In this document: piece after piece, positions 1 through 13,100 of the stretch | How positions within the stretch are numbered: position 1 is the first letter of the stretch | Layout of the letters: every line of letters starts with the position of its first letter | Assembly (NCBI RefSeq): GCF_018350175.1 | Contig: NC_058368.1 | Location: forward strand, 48,424,001-48,488,000 | Origin: Felis catus | Taxonomy: Eukaryota | Reading direction: 5' to 3' | DNA: 64,000 bases | Made by a program: the position numbers and the translations under genes | Notes under the pieces: model-generated | The model's input: only the letters and a program-made list of their open reading frames with translations | Told to the model about the DNA's origin: nothing | The model's database searches: none

Positions 1-420
1 TCCCCCTCTTTCTTTTACCTTCCTCTTCATCTCCTCTTTCTGCATACATCCAAATGCTCATTTTCCCCCGGAGTTTCCACTACCTACCCTCTTCTGCCTC
101 TCTTTATGGGCGAGCTTCTTATTAATTCCCCACAATTCCATACTTCCTACAATCTCAGTGACTATCTCCGAGGAAATGAATACCAAATTCGCGTTCCCAC
201 CTCTGATCCTTCCCCTAAATTCCAGTCTTCTATTTTTGGCATCCTACTTCCACCTGATTATTCCAGTCATTTCAGACTAAGTGCTATTCTTCTTTAGAGT
301 CTTGATTTTACCCATCATTCCCTTGGTCACCCAGGTTCAAAACTCTCATTCATTTGTACTCCTTTAAGGCAACTAATTGCTACTGCTTTTACCCCTAAAT
401 TTTTCTGGAACTGCTTCCTT
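1..420. mobile_element. Degraded L2-like LINE fragment
   Basis: Pyrimidine-rich sequence with L2-like phrases (cccatcattcccttggtcacccaggttcaaaact). Confidence 0.4.
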
Positions 421-2387
421 CCCTTTCGTACTCCTTCCCAATGAACTTTCTCAAGGTACCGCTATATACGTAAGTCTCATAGAGCATTTTTCCAGTAACT
501 GAATGGATGCAGGGCTTTCCTCAAAAGATTCCCTATTTAAAAACCTTGAATTTTCCCACGATCTAACAAATACAGTTCAAGAGCCCTCCCCAATTATTCC
601 ACAATTCATTTTTCATTTGGAACTCTGATGAATCTTATCCTCAAGGCTCCTTCCTTAATCAGCTGTATCTGGCTATTCCCTTCCATCCACATTCAGGCAA
701 CAAAAATCTACCCTTCCCATAGAACGATGTCTTCTTCATGAGACTTCATTTCATTTTCTAACGGTACATAATCTCTCCTTTTCAAAAAAAACACGCATAC
801 TTTGTACTTACACATTTTTATGGAACCCTTGCACTTTCCATTTTGAATTATACCTAAGCATAGTATAGTTATTTTACATCCCTTATTATTCTGTCTACGC
901 CTTGAGAGGAGAGCCATATCAATTATACTCTCTTGTACACAGTGAAATATAACATTGACTGATGATGATGATGGTAATAAATGCAGGTCCCTATTTGAAA
1001 TGGTCACAGTGGTTCTCAGTTGGCAAAGATTTTGCAATGTAACGATGAAAGTGTCTAGTTCACATTTTATTTTAAAAATCACATTCTGGCTTATATTCTA
1101 ATATTAACATTGTTGGGGGAAAAGTCACAATCATTAAATTTCTATTACTTGGTAAAGTCTCAGATAATTATATTTTGGGCTTGACTAGGCCAATGAATGA
1201 CACAGAAATGGAAATGTTCATAACTTTTCATCACTTTTTACCTAAATTACATTTAACAGGCTTTTCTTTTCTTTCAGGAAAATATTTTAAATAGTTAAAC
1301 ATACCTATCATTTCTATAATATGAGCTACTGCTTGGAAACTTCAATGAAGGAATTTAATCACTTAAAATACAGCTTAAAAATTAATGTTTGTTGAGATTA
1401 TTACAACAGCGACTAGGTTTCATTTTTCTAAAGAATCATGACTAAAACTACTTTTCATATTTGTAAAAAGAAAATGAACACAGATTTACAACTGTCTTGT
1501 GTTCACTGGAAATATGTCTTAGAGCACAAAAGGCTTTTGTGATTAAAGAGTTCATAAAATTTTCCATTAATAAGTGGGCTTTTACACTATGCTTGGTAAC
1601 CTTATACAACTCTCCAGAGTCGGCTAAGAGCCTTGAACTCTAGGAGCCCTCTGAGATAATCACGACACCACCATTTCCTGTTTCTTTCCATTTTGTCAAT
1701 TCATTACTGCTCAAAACCCAAGCTAACCAGCTTCCATCAATTTATTCAAGTGAATCCACTTTAAGCAGGGATGATTTGAAACGCTTACTAAAAAAGTGAT
1801 TTTGTGGTGAGCGCGTATGGTAGATAATGAAATCACCAAACTCATGTTCATGTGGAATGAGGAGAGATTTTAGGCATTATACCATGGCCTTTTAATTCAC
1901 CCTTCTTATTTCACTTGGTCTTTTTGCTCCATTGGTTCGTAGACTGGATACAATTAAATCTTTCATGAAACAGACTGAGATCTGCTATAATAATTTTAAG
2001 TACCACTGAGTCATGGTCCTTGTCTTAGGTGCTGTGGCCTGCAGAAAACCAACAAAGTTGGCATGCACAACTACTACGGCACATTTAGAATCAGTGTTGC
2101 TGTTGCCATCCTACCTTTCAAATACTTTGCTCTCCATGCCTCATTTTAGGATATATTTAAGCCAGCTAGATTACAAATAAGTCATAATCTATACTAGTGA
2201 TTTCACCTGTCCTCTTAGACATGTGGGAGACCCTTAAAATTCTTCAAGATACGTTCTAAAACCATCAAAAATCCTCAAATTTGTGAATTATTTACACATG
2301 CCACGGAACCTTTCTATGGCTTCCAAGGCTGCCCGTTATCCCTTTTCACTGTCACTTCTGGCCTCTTCTTAGGACTTTCTCTTTCCT

Positions 2388-2611
2388 GGGGAGCCTGGGT
2401 GGCTCAGTCGGTTAAACCTCCAACTCTTGGTTTTGGCTCAGGTCATGATCTCATGGTCGTGAGAGCGATGGTCATGAGATCCATGCTCGGCATGGAGCCT
2501 GCTTAAGATTCTCTCTCCCCCTCTCTCTCTGCCCTCCCCCTCTCTCTCTGCCCTTCACCTATGCTCTCACTCCCGCACACACACGCTTTCTTTCTCTCAA
2601 CAACAAAAAAA
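2388..2611 (+). mobile_element. Can-SINE (older SINEC)
   Basis: ggggagcctgggtggctcagtcggtt head, (CT)n tract, A tail and a diverged TSD (gactttctctttcct / gacattctctctcct). Confidence 0.9.
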
Positions 2612-4619
2612 GACATTCTCTCTCCTTGGCTTCAGGAATGGTCACACTTGTTCTCGCAGCCTGTAACACATTTCCATCTAGTTTTAGACTTCTTGTGCTC
2701 ATCCTCACATCAATCATTAAAAAATACATATGAGCACTTTCTTTCTCATTTGATTGGTAATTTACACATGCCCATGCATATACTCTTCCCCACAAACAAC
2801 TCACAAGAGTTGCTTTGTAGGGCACAAGCAGAGGGCACAAAGCACCACTAAGACGAGTCCCGTAGCTGGGAGGCTCACTCATGAACAGACTCCCATGTTC
2901 CCATGACTCAAACTTGTAATTTAGCAAAATATCTATACTGCATACCAGACTTCTGGGGGACACTTGAGAAATATAGAAATCTTAGACGTTTTATCTGTAA
3001 ATGCTACTGTGATGTCTACTGTGTTAAAATCATGGAAGGTAAATTTGCTTTATGAGGGCAAACGTAGGTGCTGACTCTTCTCTTTCTAATTTATGGCTTT
3101 GCATTGTCCTAACCTGGGGTGAATTTGTATTTGAAAATGACCTGTATATATCTTTGTGCCAAAAAGTAAGTATTGCTACGTATTTTCCTCTGTTTCCATC
3201 TAGGTTGAAGCGTGTGCTTGTTCATGTCCTCATTTTATGCCAACTCCAAAGAGAGGAATTTGCCTTGTAAAACTGGATTGAAGGTGCTTTCCGTGTCATG
3301 TCTATGTTTGGTATGCTTTTGTAAGAAAGGATAAGTCTGTTAGTTTCCACCGATCCCTGACAAGCTTTTTTGTTTTGTTTTGTTTGATTTTAGAGACGTT
3401 ATTTTGACGCTTTACTAACCATTCCCCTCCCCTTGAGATAATAAATTAGCAAGTCTCTGAGGATTTTGGTGAGATCCCTACACCAAGAAATGGATCATAC
3501 TTCCTCTGGCCTCAGGTACATCCATTACATTGGGGCTCATTTGCTCAGACCTCTTTCTGAGTCCAGAGATGCAACCCTCAGATGTGGGGTAGGGAAGAAG
3601 CCCATACAGGCAGGTGATGTGGACTCCAGAAATGACTCTGGAAGAACAAGGTCAAAGCTGTAATTCTGCCTAGAGATGGGCCAGGTGACATAAATATTTT
3701 GAGAACACTATTAATATACGCTATATTGAGAGAGGACATGGAAAGTACACATTAGTCTTTTTTGCTTTCTTAACTTTAAGCTGGGTTTACAACTAACTTC
3801 TCTATGAAAGTCCATCTAGATTCTGTGAAAAGAGAGTTTCTGAAGAAGACACAGGCTATCACGGAAGGTGAGGTCTTGGGTTTTCCAAGGCAAATGTCTG
3901 GTAGACTGGGTTATGCTTGAGGATGGTATATTTAGGTGTTAAACACAAAGTGTGATAGTGTGTTTTCTTTGAACATGGTAATAAAGAAATGTAGATTTTT
4001 TTTAATTGGTAAAAGCCAGTGACACTTATGTTTGGATTACTTCTAAAATTTATAATGTTCTAATAATATGCATTCCAAACATCATTTACCCTGATTTCCT
4101 TAATCAAAGCTGCCAAGTCACCTCCTCAGCACTAAGCATGAGCTGTCCCTGAGGCCAAGCAGAGATCTGAGAGGCCAGGATGATTCGTTATAATCCATGC
4201 AAGTTCGCATGCTAATGACGGGGATCTTCCTTGGTGTCTACCGCATTTATACGATCAATTAAAAAAGATGTCAGGGGCCAAATCAACTCTTCAGCATTTA
4301 TATTCTTTTTTCTCTTTCAACTACCCCAAATCCTGAAAAGTTCTTCTTTCCATTGTCTCTCACGGCCAACAACATTTGGTGTGAAAGATAAAACATTAAG
4401 AACCATTTACCATACGATCCATTATTTTCTTTCTCATAAACTTGCTTATGAATTATTTATAGCTTTCTTTCACATCATTTTTATTTAAGAAATTTCCCCA
4501 CAAATATGCAATTCCACACCTATTTATTCTCCCAACGGATTAAAAAAATCCTACCATTTTCAGTATTTCAGGTCATTAAAAAAAGTAAAATATTACAGAA
4601 AAAGTTGGTTCTTTGTTGT

Positions 4620-5790
4620 TGTTTACTAATTCGTTTCCTTCTTCCATAGTATCCTGGTGTATTTAAGTTTTTACCTTTTAACTACATATATATCAATAAA
4701 TGAATACAGTTTTGTTCTTTGAAAAACTGTATATAGGGAGATCATATTCTACAATTTATGTTCACTTAAAATTGCTTTTGAGATTTCTTTACCTTCTTTC
4801 ATTTAAAATTTTTCTAAAGTCTCAAGTCAGTCTGTGCATCTCTTCTCCTCCCAAACACAAGCAGGACTTAGCATGCTAGCACTACCCAGTGAACACTCCC
4901 ACCTTCCCCCATGTTCTTCATTACAATTTGGAATTTTGATTCACGTTCCATTTCCAAGAGCTAATTGAAATTTATTGTTTCTTCTCTTTTTTGTAGATAT
5001 TGACTTATACTTTTAAAACCAGTTGTAGGCTCACCTCTTCTTCCGGGTTTTCTTTCTTCAAAAGCATACCCTTAAATTCTTTCAGCAAATTTGTGTGCGT
5101 GGTAAACTCTTAGCCAACATATGCCTGAAATAAATTTTATTTTGCTGGCAAGTGAATCTCGCTGAGAAGAGAATTCCAGGATCCCTCACTCAGTCCTCTG
5201 AAGAGACGACTGACTTGCTCTCTGACAGTTGTTGCTGTTGACAATCTTTGTTTTTCTTTAATTCCTTTGTTGATAAACTTTTGAGATTTTCTTTGGGACT
5301 CATGCCTGCCAACTTCAGGGCTGTGTGTCTAGATGCAGATTTATCTTTACTGATTCAACTATATTCTAAGATTCATGGCTTCCCTAATTTTCCAAATCCC
5401 CATATTTCTCTGTATATTGCTTTTTGAGTAACAGGTTCTACCTACTCCTATTTTATACACATCCTTTTAGATCAACTTTGGAACACGTCAATTCGTATCT
5501 CGCATCTTTTTCTGTTGTTGTTTTTGTTGATTTTTCCACTTTATGTTGTTTCCTGGGTAAAATTCTCAGTACCATCTTTCAATTCATACATTTTCCCACT
5601 AACCTTTCTCAACATGTGGCAGTTGCCAAAACGAGAACTTGGGAATTCTCTACATTTATCTTCTCCCTTGTCCTCAACATCCATTTGGGCAACAAGTTCT
5701 GTCCACTGGATTTGCATTGGCACTGCCTCTGGGTGGGCCTTTGCAAATTCTCACCTGCCCCCATATGCTAACCCACCAACTTACAAGCGC
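4620..5790 (-). mobile_element. Highly degraded ancient LINE-1 (L1M-type) fragments
   Basis: T-rich antisense L1-like phrases (gttgctgttgacaa, ctgtgtgtctagatgcagatttatcttt, catatttctctgtatattgct). Confidence 0.4.
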
Positions 5791-8267
5791 TCGCCCCTGT
5801 AGCATCCCGTTCATATAGATGCCCCAGCTTGGCACACAATAACTCCTTCTTTCATATTTCCAGGATTCTGTACCTTTTTTTTTTTTTTTTAATGCCTTTC
5901 CTTCTTCCTTTTACCTATGTGGATAATGCAAGTACACACTGTCCTCTAAGAAAAATCCTTCTGAAATGATCACCACCCCTCCCAACCACTGAGCTTTGTG
6001 TCCCTTCCTTTGTGACCTGCCTCTGTGTGTCTACACTTATCTGTGTGACAGAACTTCCCATTATAGCTGCTTTGCCTCCTCCATTCACTCAGCTATAAGC
6101 TTCTTGCGGGCATCATCTGTGCATCGTAAATGCGGCTGAATCATATACGTGCACTGAATCAAATGGCTAAGTGAACAAAAAGGAAAACATGGAACAATTC
6201 CTGTATAAGGCAAAAGGTTAAAAAAATGGGGATTAAGTTTTTGTTTTTTAATAAAAGCAGCTCAAGTGTTTTTATTACCGTTCAGTAACACTACTGGCAG
6301 TTCAGGGTTTGGTTTGGTTTTGTTTTGATAAAAAGCAAGAAAGAAAACAGATCGGTGCTATAATCATCCCATTTAAATAATTTAAATAATAAATATGAAG
6401 ACTTTTCCTCCATATAAATGTCACACCATAGGCAATAAATAAGTTTATGATAAGCCAACCAATTTCATTTAGTTTATAAAGTACAATAGTTTCTAGGTGG
6501 TATCAGTTTTAACATGTGAACATGTAGACACAAATACACGTGTCTGTGCATGTTCACGTGTGTGCATTTATATATACACGCGTAAATAAGGTATAGTACA
6601 CCAAGGTGTTCTTTGAGCCTACTCTAGCATGCCCGGATAGGAGATGGCCACTGCATCTTGTAGCCTACAAATATTCAAGGCCTCTACACAAATCACCCAC
6701 CGGCTAAATGGTAACAATATGGCTGATGCTCCTTACATCTTCTGTGAGAAAAGCAATGGTATAATCTTATCAAGTAGAACAGGAGTCTGTGATGGCTTAC
6801 TCTGCTGTTAGGAAGGATAATTCTACTCCCAATGTTTATCGTAGTTAGAAATACAGAGCACAACCCTGAAAAATAGCTATAAACCATTCAGTGGCTTATT
6901 TAGGCTTGTAAACTGAAAAAGCTGTAATCTTCCATTTATATCAGATATAGAAAATTACACAGTTAAAGCTGATTTAAGTTACAGTTGAAAGGGGGTTATT
7001 TTTTAGTATGAGGGGCTTATGATGATGATTACTATAAAAAAATGATCACAAGTGGCCAAGGAAGGAGAGAAATGGGCCTGTTAGTAGTTATTTTACTTGC
7101 AAGGTGGATAATGAGACGATAAAACATGTAATTGGAGGTTATACCACCTTGATTACTGTAGATTATACCAATGGGTACAACAACGCCATTAAGCAAGCAG
7201 TGCCTCACCAGTTAGTGCTCATTTGTTGGATGATAAATGGATTCTGTTCCATTATAACCGTCACTTTGAGAATGTGTTGGAAAATACCTGCTATCCCATA
7301 TCACGATACCAATCAATTCTGGACAGCATATAAGGTACTTTACTCTTTGATACACCTAATAAAATGAGATCTACAAAAAACATAGAAAAGATACTATTTG
7401 AGACTCTGAAGAGAAACGAAAATGGGAAAACGTCAGATCTTACTATGTAGCTATTCTCTGTAACCAAACACACATTTTATGGAATTTATTTTCCAATTTT
7501 AAAAAAGGCATTCTGGAACATCTGCTGTGTAAGCTAGGATAATTCTAAAACTGTAATGCTATAATGATTATTAGCTATTGGCTAGCGCTTGGAATTTTAT
7601 TGAACTCATTAATCTAAGAAAAATAAATATAATTATAAGAGTAATAATAAATGCTGGCTGCATTTTTATTCTGTGGCTTCCATTTGTGTTTTTCAGAAAA
7701 TAACCATGACCCCAAATGAGGCAAGACAGAACAGGCATGTCTGTGTTGTATATGTCTGTCGAACCAATTCTCTGCTCAAGAGAGCTCCAGGCAGGGACCA
7801 GATATGTCTAAAAGTGACAGAGATGTCGATCTCTGAAACTCAGTGAACCACACTTTGACAAAATTCCCCCACACCTAGAAATGTTAACCTACAGCTCGAG
7901 GCTGTTTTCAATGCTGTGAGATGCTGGACAAATGAAAAGACAGAATACGGTAATGCCAATATTTAGCAACATGGAATTACTTCATGCAACTTATAGATAG
8001 GCAGATATAGAGCTATAGATTTAATACATAACAAATTTTAAGCCTTGACAAAAATTAACATTCCTTAAAAATACAACATATCTAACTTGAAAAAAGATAG
8101 AACTGGATTTATACTGATGAATTTTCTACATAACCCAGGCATACCTCTTTAAGCATCAAGTCCAACTATGGCCAGTAGCTTGAGGGCATTAAGATATTTC
8201 GATTTTATTGAAGGCTCTATCACTAAGAAGCTGTGCTCCTTATAAGGAGCAGAGGAAGGGACACGAG

Positions 8268-8390
8268 TCTCAGTTTTCTTATCTGTAAAAGACAGGCCCT
8301 AATACCCATACATCGGTTATTGTAAGACTTAAAGATGATATATGTGAAGCACAAAGAACATATAGGCATTCAATAAAGGTTAATTATTTA
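8268..8390 (+). mobile_element. MIR fragment
   Basis: tctcagttttcttatctgtaaaa...ggttattgtaagacttaaagatgatatatgtgaagcac is the MIR core. Confidence 0.65.
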
Positions 8391-10595
8391 AATGATTTTT
8401 AATAAATATCTGTATAAGATTTATTACCTACTTTCTTTGTTGCCTAGTTCAAATAGACTGACCATAATTTAACCTTTCTTTCATTACTAATGGTCATTAT
8501 TTCAAAAGCAATTATTGTGCTGTAATAAAGTATTATCTCCGAGGACTAAAGAGCTGTGTGAGCCTATTTACTCTAATCCCAAAAGACCTTGCTGGGATTT
8601 TTCAAGTTCTTATTTTAATAATAATTTTCACACCTTCTTTGTTAGGTGCCACTTTTTGCTCTCAGCTCACCTACTAAAGGGAGTTTCCTAATTTGGGCAG
8701 GGGGCTGGCATAGGAGAATCTCAGAGGGTATGGAGCATTGGTAGGTTGGTAATGCAAAACCAGTCGGTCTATTTTCCTTTATTAAGGGAAACTACAGAAA
8801 CTGAAAAGCTACAGCATTCTTGTGGCCACTGGGAAAACATGAAAACATCTACTGAGACAACATTTCAGGGGATCCAAGTCATAAAAATAAAAATTGAGAA
8901 ATATTCCTCTCAGCTATTTTTCCTTTGCAGTTTATTCGCTACTTTCTCTCTATGCCCAGCTGGAAAATCACATTCACAAAGGATGTAAGAAGTCTCTCTA
9001 AACTAAGAGCTAAAAGGTTTTACTTTTCAGAGAAAGGATCTCAGATCCTCTTCTGTAAGTAATTCGTAGCATATATCATGCAAGCGGTACGTGTTTTATA
9101 TTCTAGGCAACGTATGTGTGTATGAGTGCATTACAGCCTACAATTCAGTAAAACCACACGATTCTTTATTCTTTATGTCCCCTCCATTCTCTGCCCTCAT
9201 TGTTCACTTTTCCTGGTCTGGAACACTTCCACCTACTCTGAGTAGCAAAACCTTATGCTTCTTTAACTTTCGACCTCAAATGCGACCTACTCTACCTTCA
9301 TTATAACAGATGACTTTGTCTAGAGTCTAATTCATGTTCTCTGGGGATTTACAACCTAGGTCTCTCGAATGGTTCCTCTGTCTTAAAGGGCTCTGTGTTT
9401 ATAGAGGACTGATTTAAAACATCCACTCCTGACAAAGGCCACACCAGAAATGATTAGGCAGCCCTTGGATTTAGCACGGGGGGACAAAAATGCAATCACA
9501 AAATTGACAATTCCTTCTCAACACAGATTTGAAACAATTCAGACAAAGCTGTTTCAGGTTTGTGCTCGGGTTTGCTTAATATACCTTTAAGATTAGAGAT
9601 CTGTGGCAGGAAACCAAATCTTTGTTTTATGGCTGCAACAAATAGGCCCACCACGGTAAATATGTCATTTATTCTTTCTCACCAAGAGATATTCACTGCG
9701 TAGTGCAAATAAAAGTAGCATTTTCCTTCTACTTAAGGTTCGTTAGATGAAATTTATGTTTTTAAAATGCACTGCGAACACCAAAATCTGATTGTACCAT
9801 TATCAGCTTTTAAATCAAAACAGCATGCTATCTGGTAAGGACAGGGGAACTGGTCGATTTATTTCATAAAACTTTATGTACAAAGAGACAGTGTCTATGA
9901 ACTTAATGGAGAGAATATAGAGTCTGGAGGGGTAATTTTTATTACAATTTATAGTGGGATTATCCATACTCCACAGTTTTCAGATTTTATTGAGATTTTA
10001 TGGTACTATGATGCTGACATGGTTAACTGCAGTGGGGTAGGAGGTATAATTGTTTCTTCCTGACCAGGAAATGAAATTGGTGTTACTGTTATATAAGAAA
10101 CCGATAGCAGACTCTATTAATTGCCTGGCTCCAATCAAAGACACTATTTATCCTAGTTTCACAGGTAAAATATTTTACCTGAGGGTAGAAGGATAAATAA
10201 GAACTGACTATAATTTTCACACTGCAATATCTTTTCATTATGAACATTTTGAAGTCATACGAATACTTCTTACCCACAGGGGCTCGATTCTAGAAACTAT
10301 TAAAATCAAAATCACAGCAAGCATCTATAATGTACACCAAATATCATTCTTTAACATTAAGTACTATGAAATAAAACAAATTTGGAAACAGCGATATGCT
10401 CAAGAATGCCAGGGAATTGCAGATGGCCCAATGACATAAAATAGTAACAGCTTTGGGAATGGTTTTCATTCAGTCTGCAAACACTTATCTGTTTATTGGA
10501 CGCCAGACACTGGATAAGGCAGTAACACAATGATACAGATATCATTATAATATAGTTATACGTTATGTTATATATTGAGTCAAATATATTGAGCC

Positions 10596-10795
10596 TATAT
10601 ATATATATATATATACACATATACATATAAATAAAACTTCATATATATATGTATAATGTATATATATGTACATATGTATATATGTACATACATAATGTAT
10701 ATATGTATATATACATATAATATATACATATATACATTATGTATGTACATATATACATATGTACATATATATATATTATACATATATATATATAC
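10596..10795. repeat. Compound (TA)n/(TACA)n microsatellite
   Basis: About 200 bp of alternating TA/TG/CA, seen directly. Confidence 0.95.
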
Positions 10796-10843
10796 TTGCC
10801 TTGTAATTTAGTATGTACCTTTCCAGAAAAAAAGGCTGGCTTG

Positions 10844-10933
10844 CTTCCTTCCTTCCTTCCTTCCTTCCTTCCTTCCTTCCTTCCTTCCTTCCTCCTTCCC
10901 TCCCTTTCTTTCTCTCTTTCTTTCTTTCTTTCT
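10844..10933. repeat. (TTCC)n(TTTC)n microsatellite
   Basis: Seen directly. Confidence 0.95.
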
Positions 10934-12062
10934 GCATGCCAGGTCTTTTGCCAGAGAAAGAAAGGGCCTTCCAGGGAAAGGAAAGTGTATGGACAAAGGT
11001 AGATTTGTCATCACGGAAAGCCATGGAAACGGTAGGTGGGACATGAGCCATTCTTGGACATAAGACATCCTTTTATGGTTAGGGTTTAGGACTATAGACC
11101 AACACTGCCACAGCACTCCTTAGCATCTCAAATAAAACACTGTACATATGCCAGACTACATTAATTTATTCATTTGTTCATTCATATCTTCAATAAATAT
11201 TTACTGAGCACTAAATAGTGTTAGGCACAATGAAATGTGTTGGGAAAACAGCAGCTAATGAAGCTTACATGGATTTTGGGAGACCCCAACCTATTTTAAT
11301 CTAGCAGTATATACCACATATAAACTTATGTTTACATAAACATACATACACATACAAACAACTTGTTTTTGTCAACTGAGGAGCTTATTCTTAGTGTGGT
11401 TCACCCCCATTATGTCCCAATAAGTCTATCTTTCCCCCAGGAAACTGAGAAACCCATATACCATGAGATTATCTTTCTAATTCTACCCTGTTTCTACCGA
11501 ACTTCCTCTAAGCCCCTAGTTACTGAGGAGGAAGTTCCTCTGAATTCTCCAAGTTATTCCAGTTTCACCAAATTCTATTTTTTGTCTTCTTGAGTTCTTG
11601 CTGTCTCAGAAATAACTCTCCACTTATCTTTTATTTTTCTTCTATGACATTCAACAAAACTTGTTAGTAGCACACAAGTTGGCATATGTATGTTTCCATT
11701 TATCCAACAAACATAAACCATAGTTTAAAAAAAAACAAGCATAGATACACAGAAAGTTTAACATTTTATTTCTACTAAACAGAAGTCACACACAAATATA
11801 CAAGACGGAAAGTGGGACAAGTGGGTAGGAGCCACACTTTTCTTTTCCTTGTCCAAATTAAATATAGTCTCTTCTAAAAAGTATGTATTTCATATACTAG
11901 AGCTCTAAAAATGAAGTAGGTAAATTATGTTTCAAATTTAGGTTCAAGTTTTAATTGAAAAGGGCATGTTCACTGTACTCTCTCACAACCCTAAGCTAGA
12001 CGGGAAAATCTGGGAGCAATCAAAATAATTAGGCTATAGACTCTTGCTTTTCTTTTAAGTTC

Positions 12063-12081
12063 TACCACTAGATGGCAGTAC
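12063..12081 (+). promoter_or_regulatory. Candidate CTCF binding site
   Basis: CCACTAGATGGCAG (12065-12078) matches the CTCF core CCASYAGRKGGCRS at every position. Motif only; occupancy is unknown. Confidence 0.6.
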
Positions 12082-12381
12082 AAAGACTGTCATTTTCAAC
12101 ATAAGTGGCTTAGTTCCATAATTTACAGTTCTAGGATTGGTGATTCGGTGAGATACAGATGAAAAAAAGGAATAGAGATTCAGAAATAGGTAGAATGGTG
12201 AGTAGTGGGGAGAGACAGAAAAGACCAACAGGGAGAAGGAAGGTAAGTAAATGGAAGGAAGTGAAGAGTGAGAGGCAGAGAAAAAATTTGGAGCCATGGC
12301 AGATACTTTGAGAGTATGCAGGAGGTGCAGGAAGGAGAAAGGAAGAAGAAAGGGGCTGAGGCAAAGGTGAGAAAACCACTG

Positions 12382-12658
12382 CAGTGTTTTTCAAGCTTTC
12401 TGGACAGGAACCACAGCAAGAAATACATATTTCAACATGACTCAGTACACACACATACACTCTTACAGTACCACATTCACATGTATGTAAATTCATAGAT
12501 TACTCAACAAAGTTTCATGATATAATACTTATTTGGGTGATATGCTCAGATTTTTAAGAAATCTCCATTTTATTTCTTTAAAACTGCTGATTATGAGCTA
12601 CCAAATTGATTTCAAGATTCATCAACAGGAAAAACGCCCACAGTATGAACAATAGTGC
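12382..12658. mobile_element. hAT-Charlie-type MER fossil, family uncertain
   Basis: Begins cagtgtttttcaagct...aaccacagcaagaaatacat and ends cccacagtatgaacaatagtg, resembling Charlie TIRs. Confidence 0.45.
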
Positions 12659-12884
12659 TTCAGTGTGCTGTAAAGTAGAGCTGGCTTTTAAGAGGAGTTA
12701 TTTGAAAAATCTCGATATCTGGGAGCAGGGGATATTCTTGGCCATATAATCAGTTCGATAAAAATCTGTTGAATAAATGAATTAACAGGTAGAAGAAAAA
12801 AGATGGTGAAGCCACTGGTCATGAAGAGCACATACAACTGGTCAATCAGGGTAGCATATCTCCCTCTATATAAAGGTAGCTGGA

Positions 12885-13100
12885 GGGGCTCCTGGGTGGC
12901 TCAGTGAGTTGAGCGTCCGACTTCAGCTCAGGTCATGATCTCACAGTCTGTGAGTTCGACCCCTGCGTCAGGCTCTGTGCTGACAGCTCAGAGCTCGGAG
13001 CCTGCTTTGGATTCTGTGTCTCCCTCTCTCTCTCCCCCTAACCCACTCATGCTCTCTCTCTCTGTCTCAAAAATAAATAAAAACATTAAAAAAAATTTTT
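12885..13100 (+). mobile_element. Feliform Can-SINE
   Basis: Full head, (CT)n tract and A tail, with a perfect TSD aaggtagctgga (12873-12884 / 13101-13112). Confidence 0.96.

Noticed and set aside
10357..11116. Cluster of overlapping ORFs (YIYI..., PSFL..., EGRK...)
   Set aside because: These are translations of microsatellites.
12885..12965. tRNA-like A-box/B-box sequence (tggctcagt...gagttcgac)
   Set aside because: It is the tRNA-derived head of a SINE, not a tRNA gene. The same applies to the other copies.
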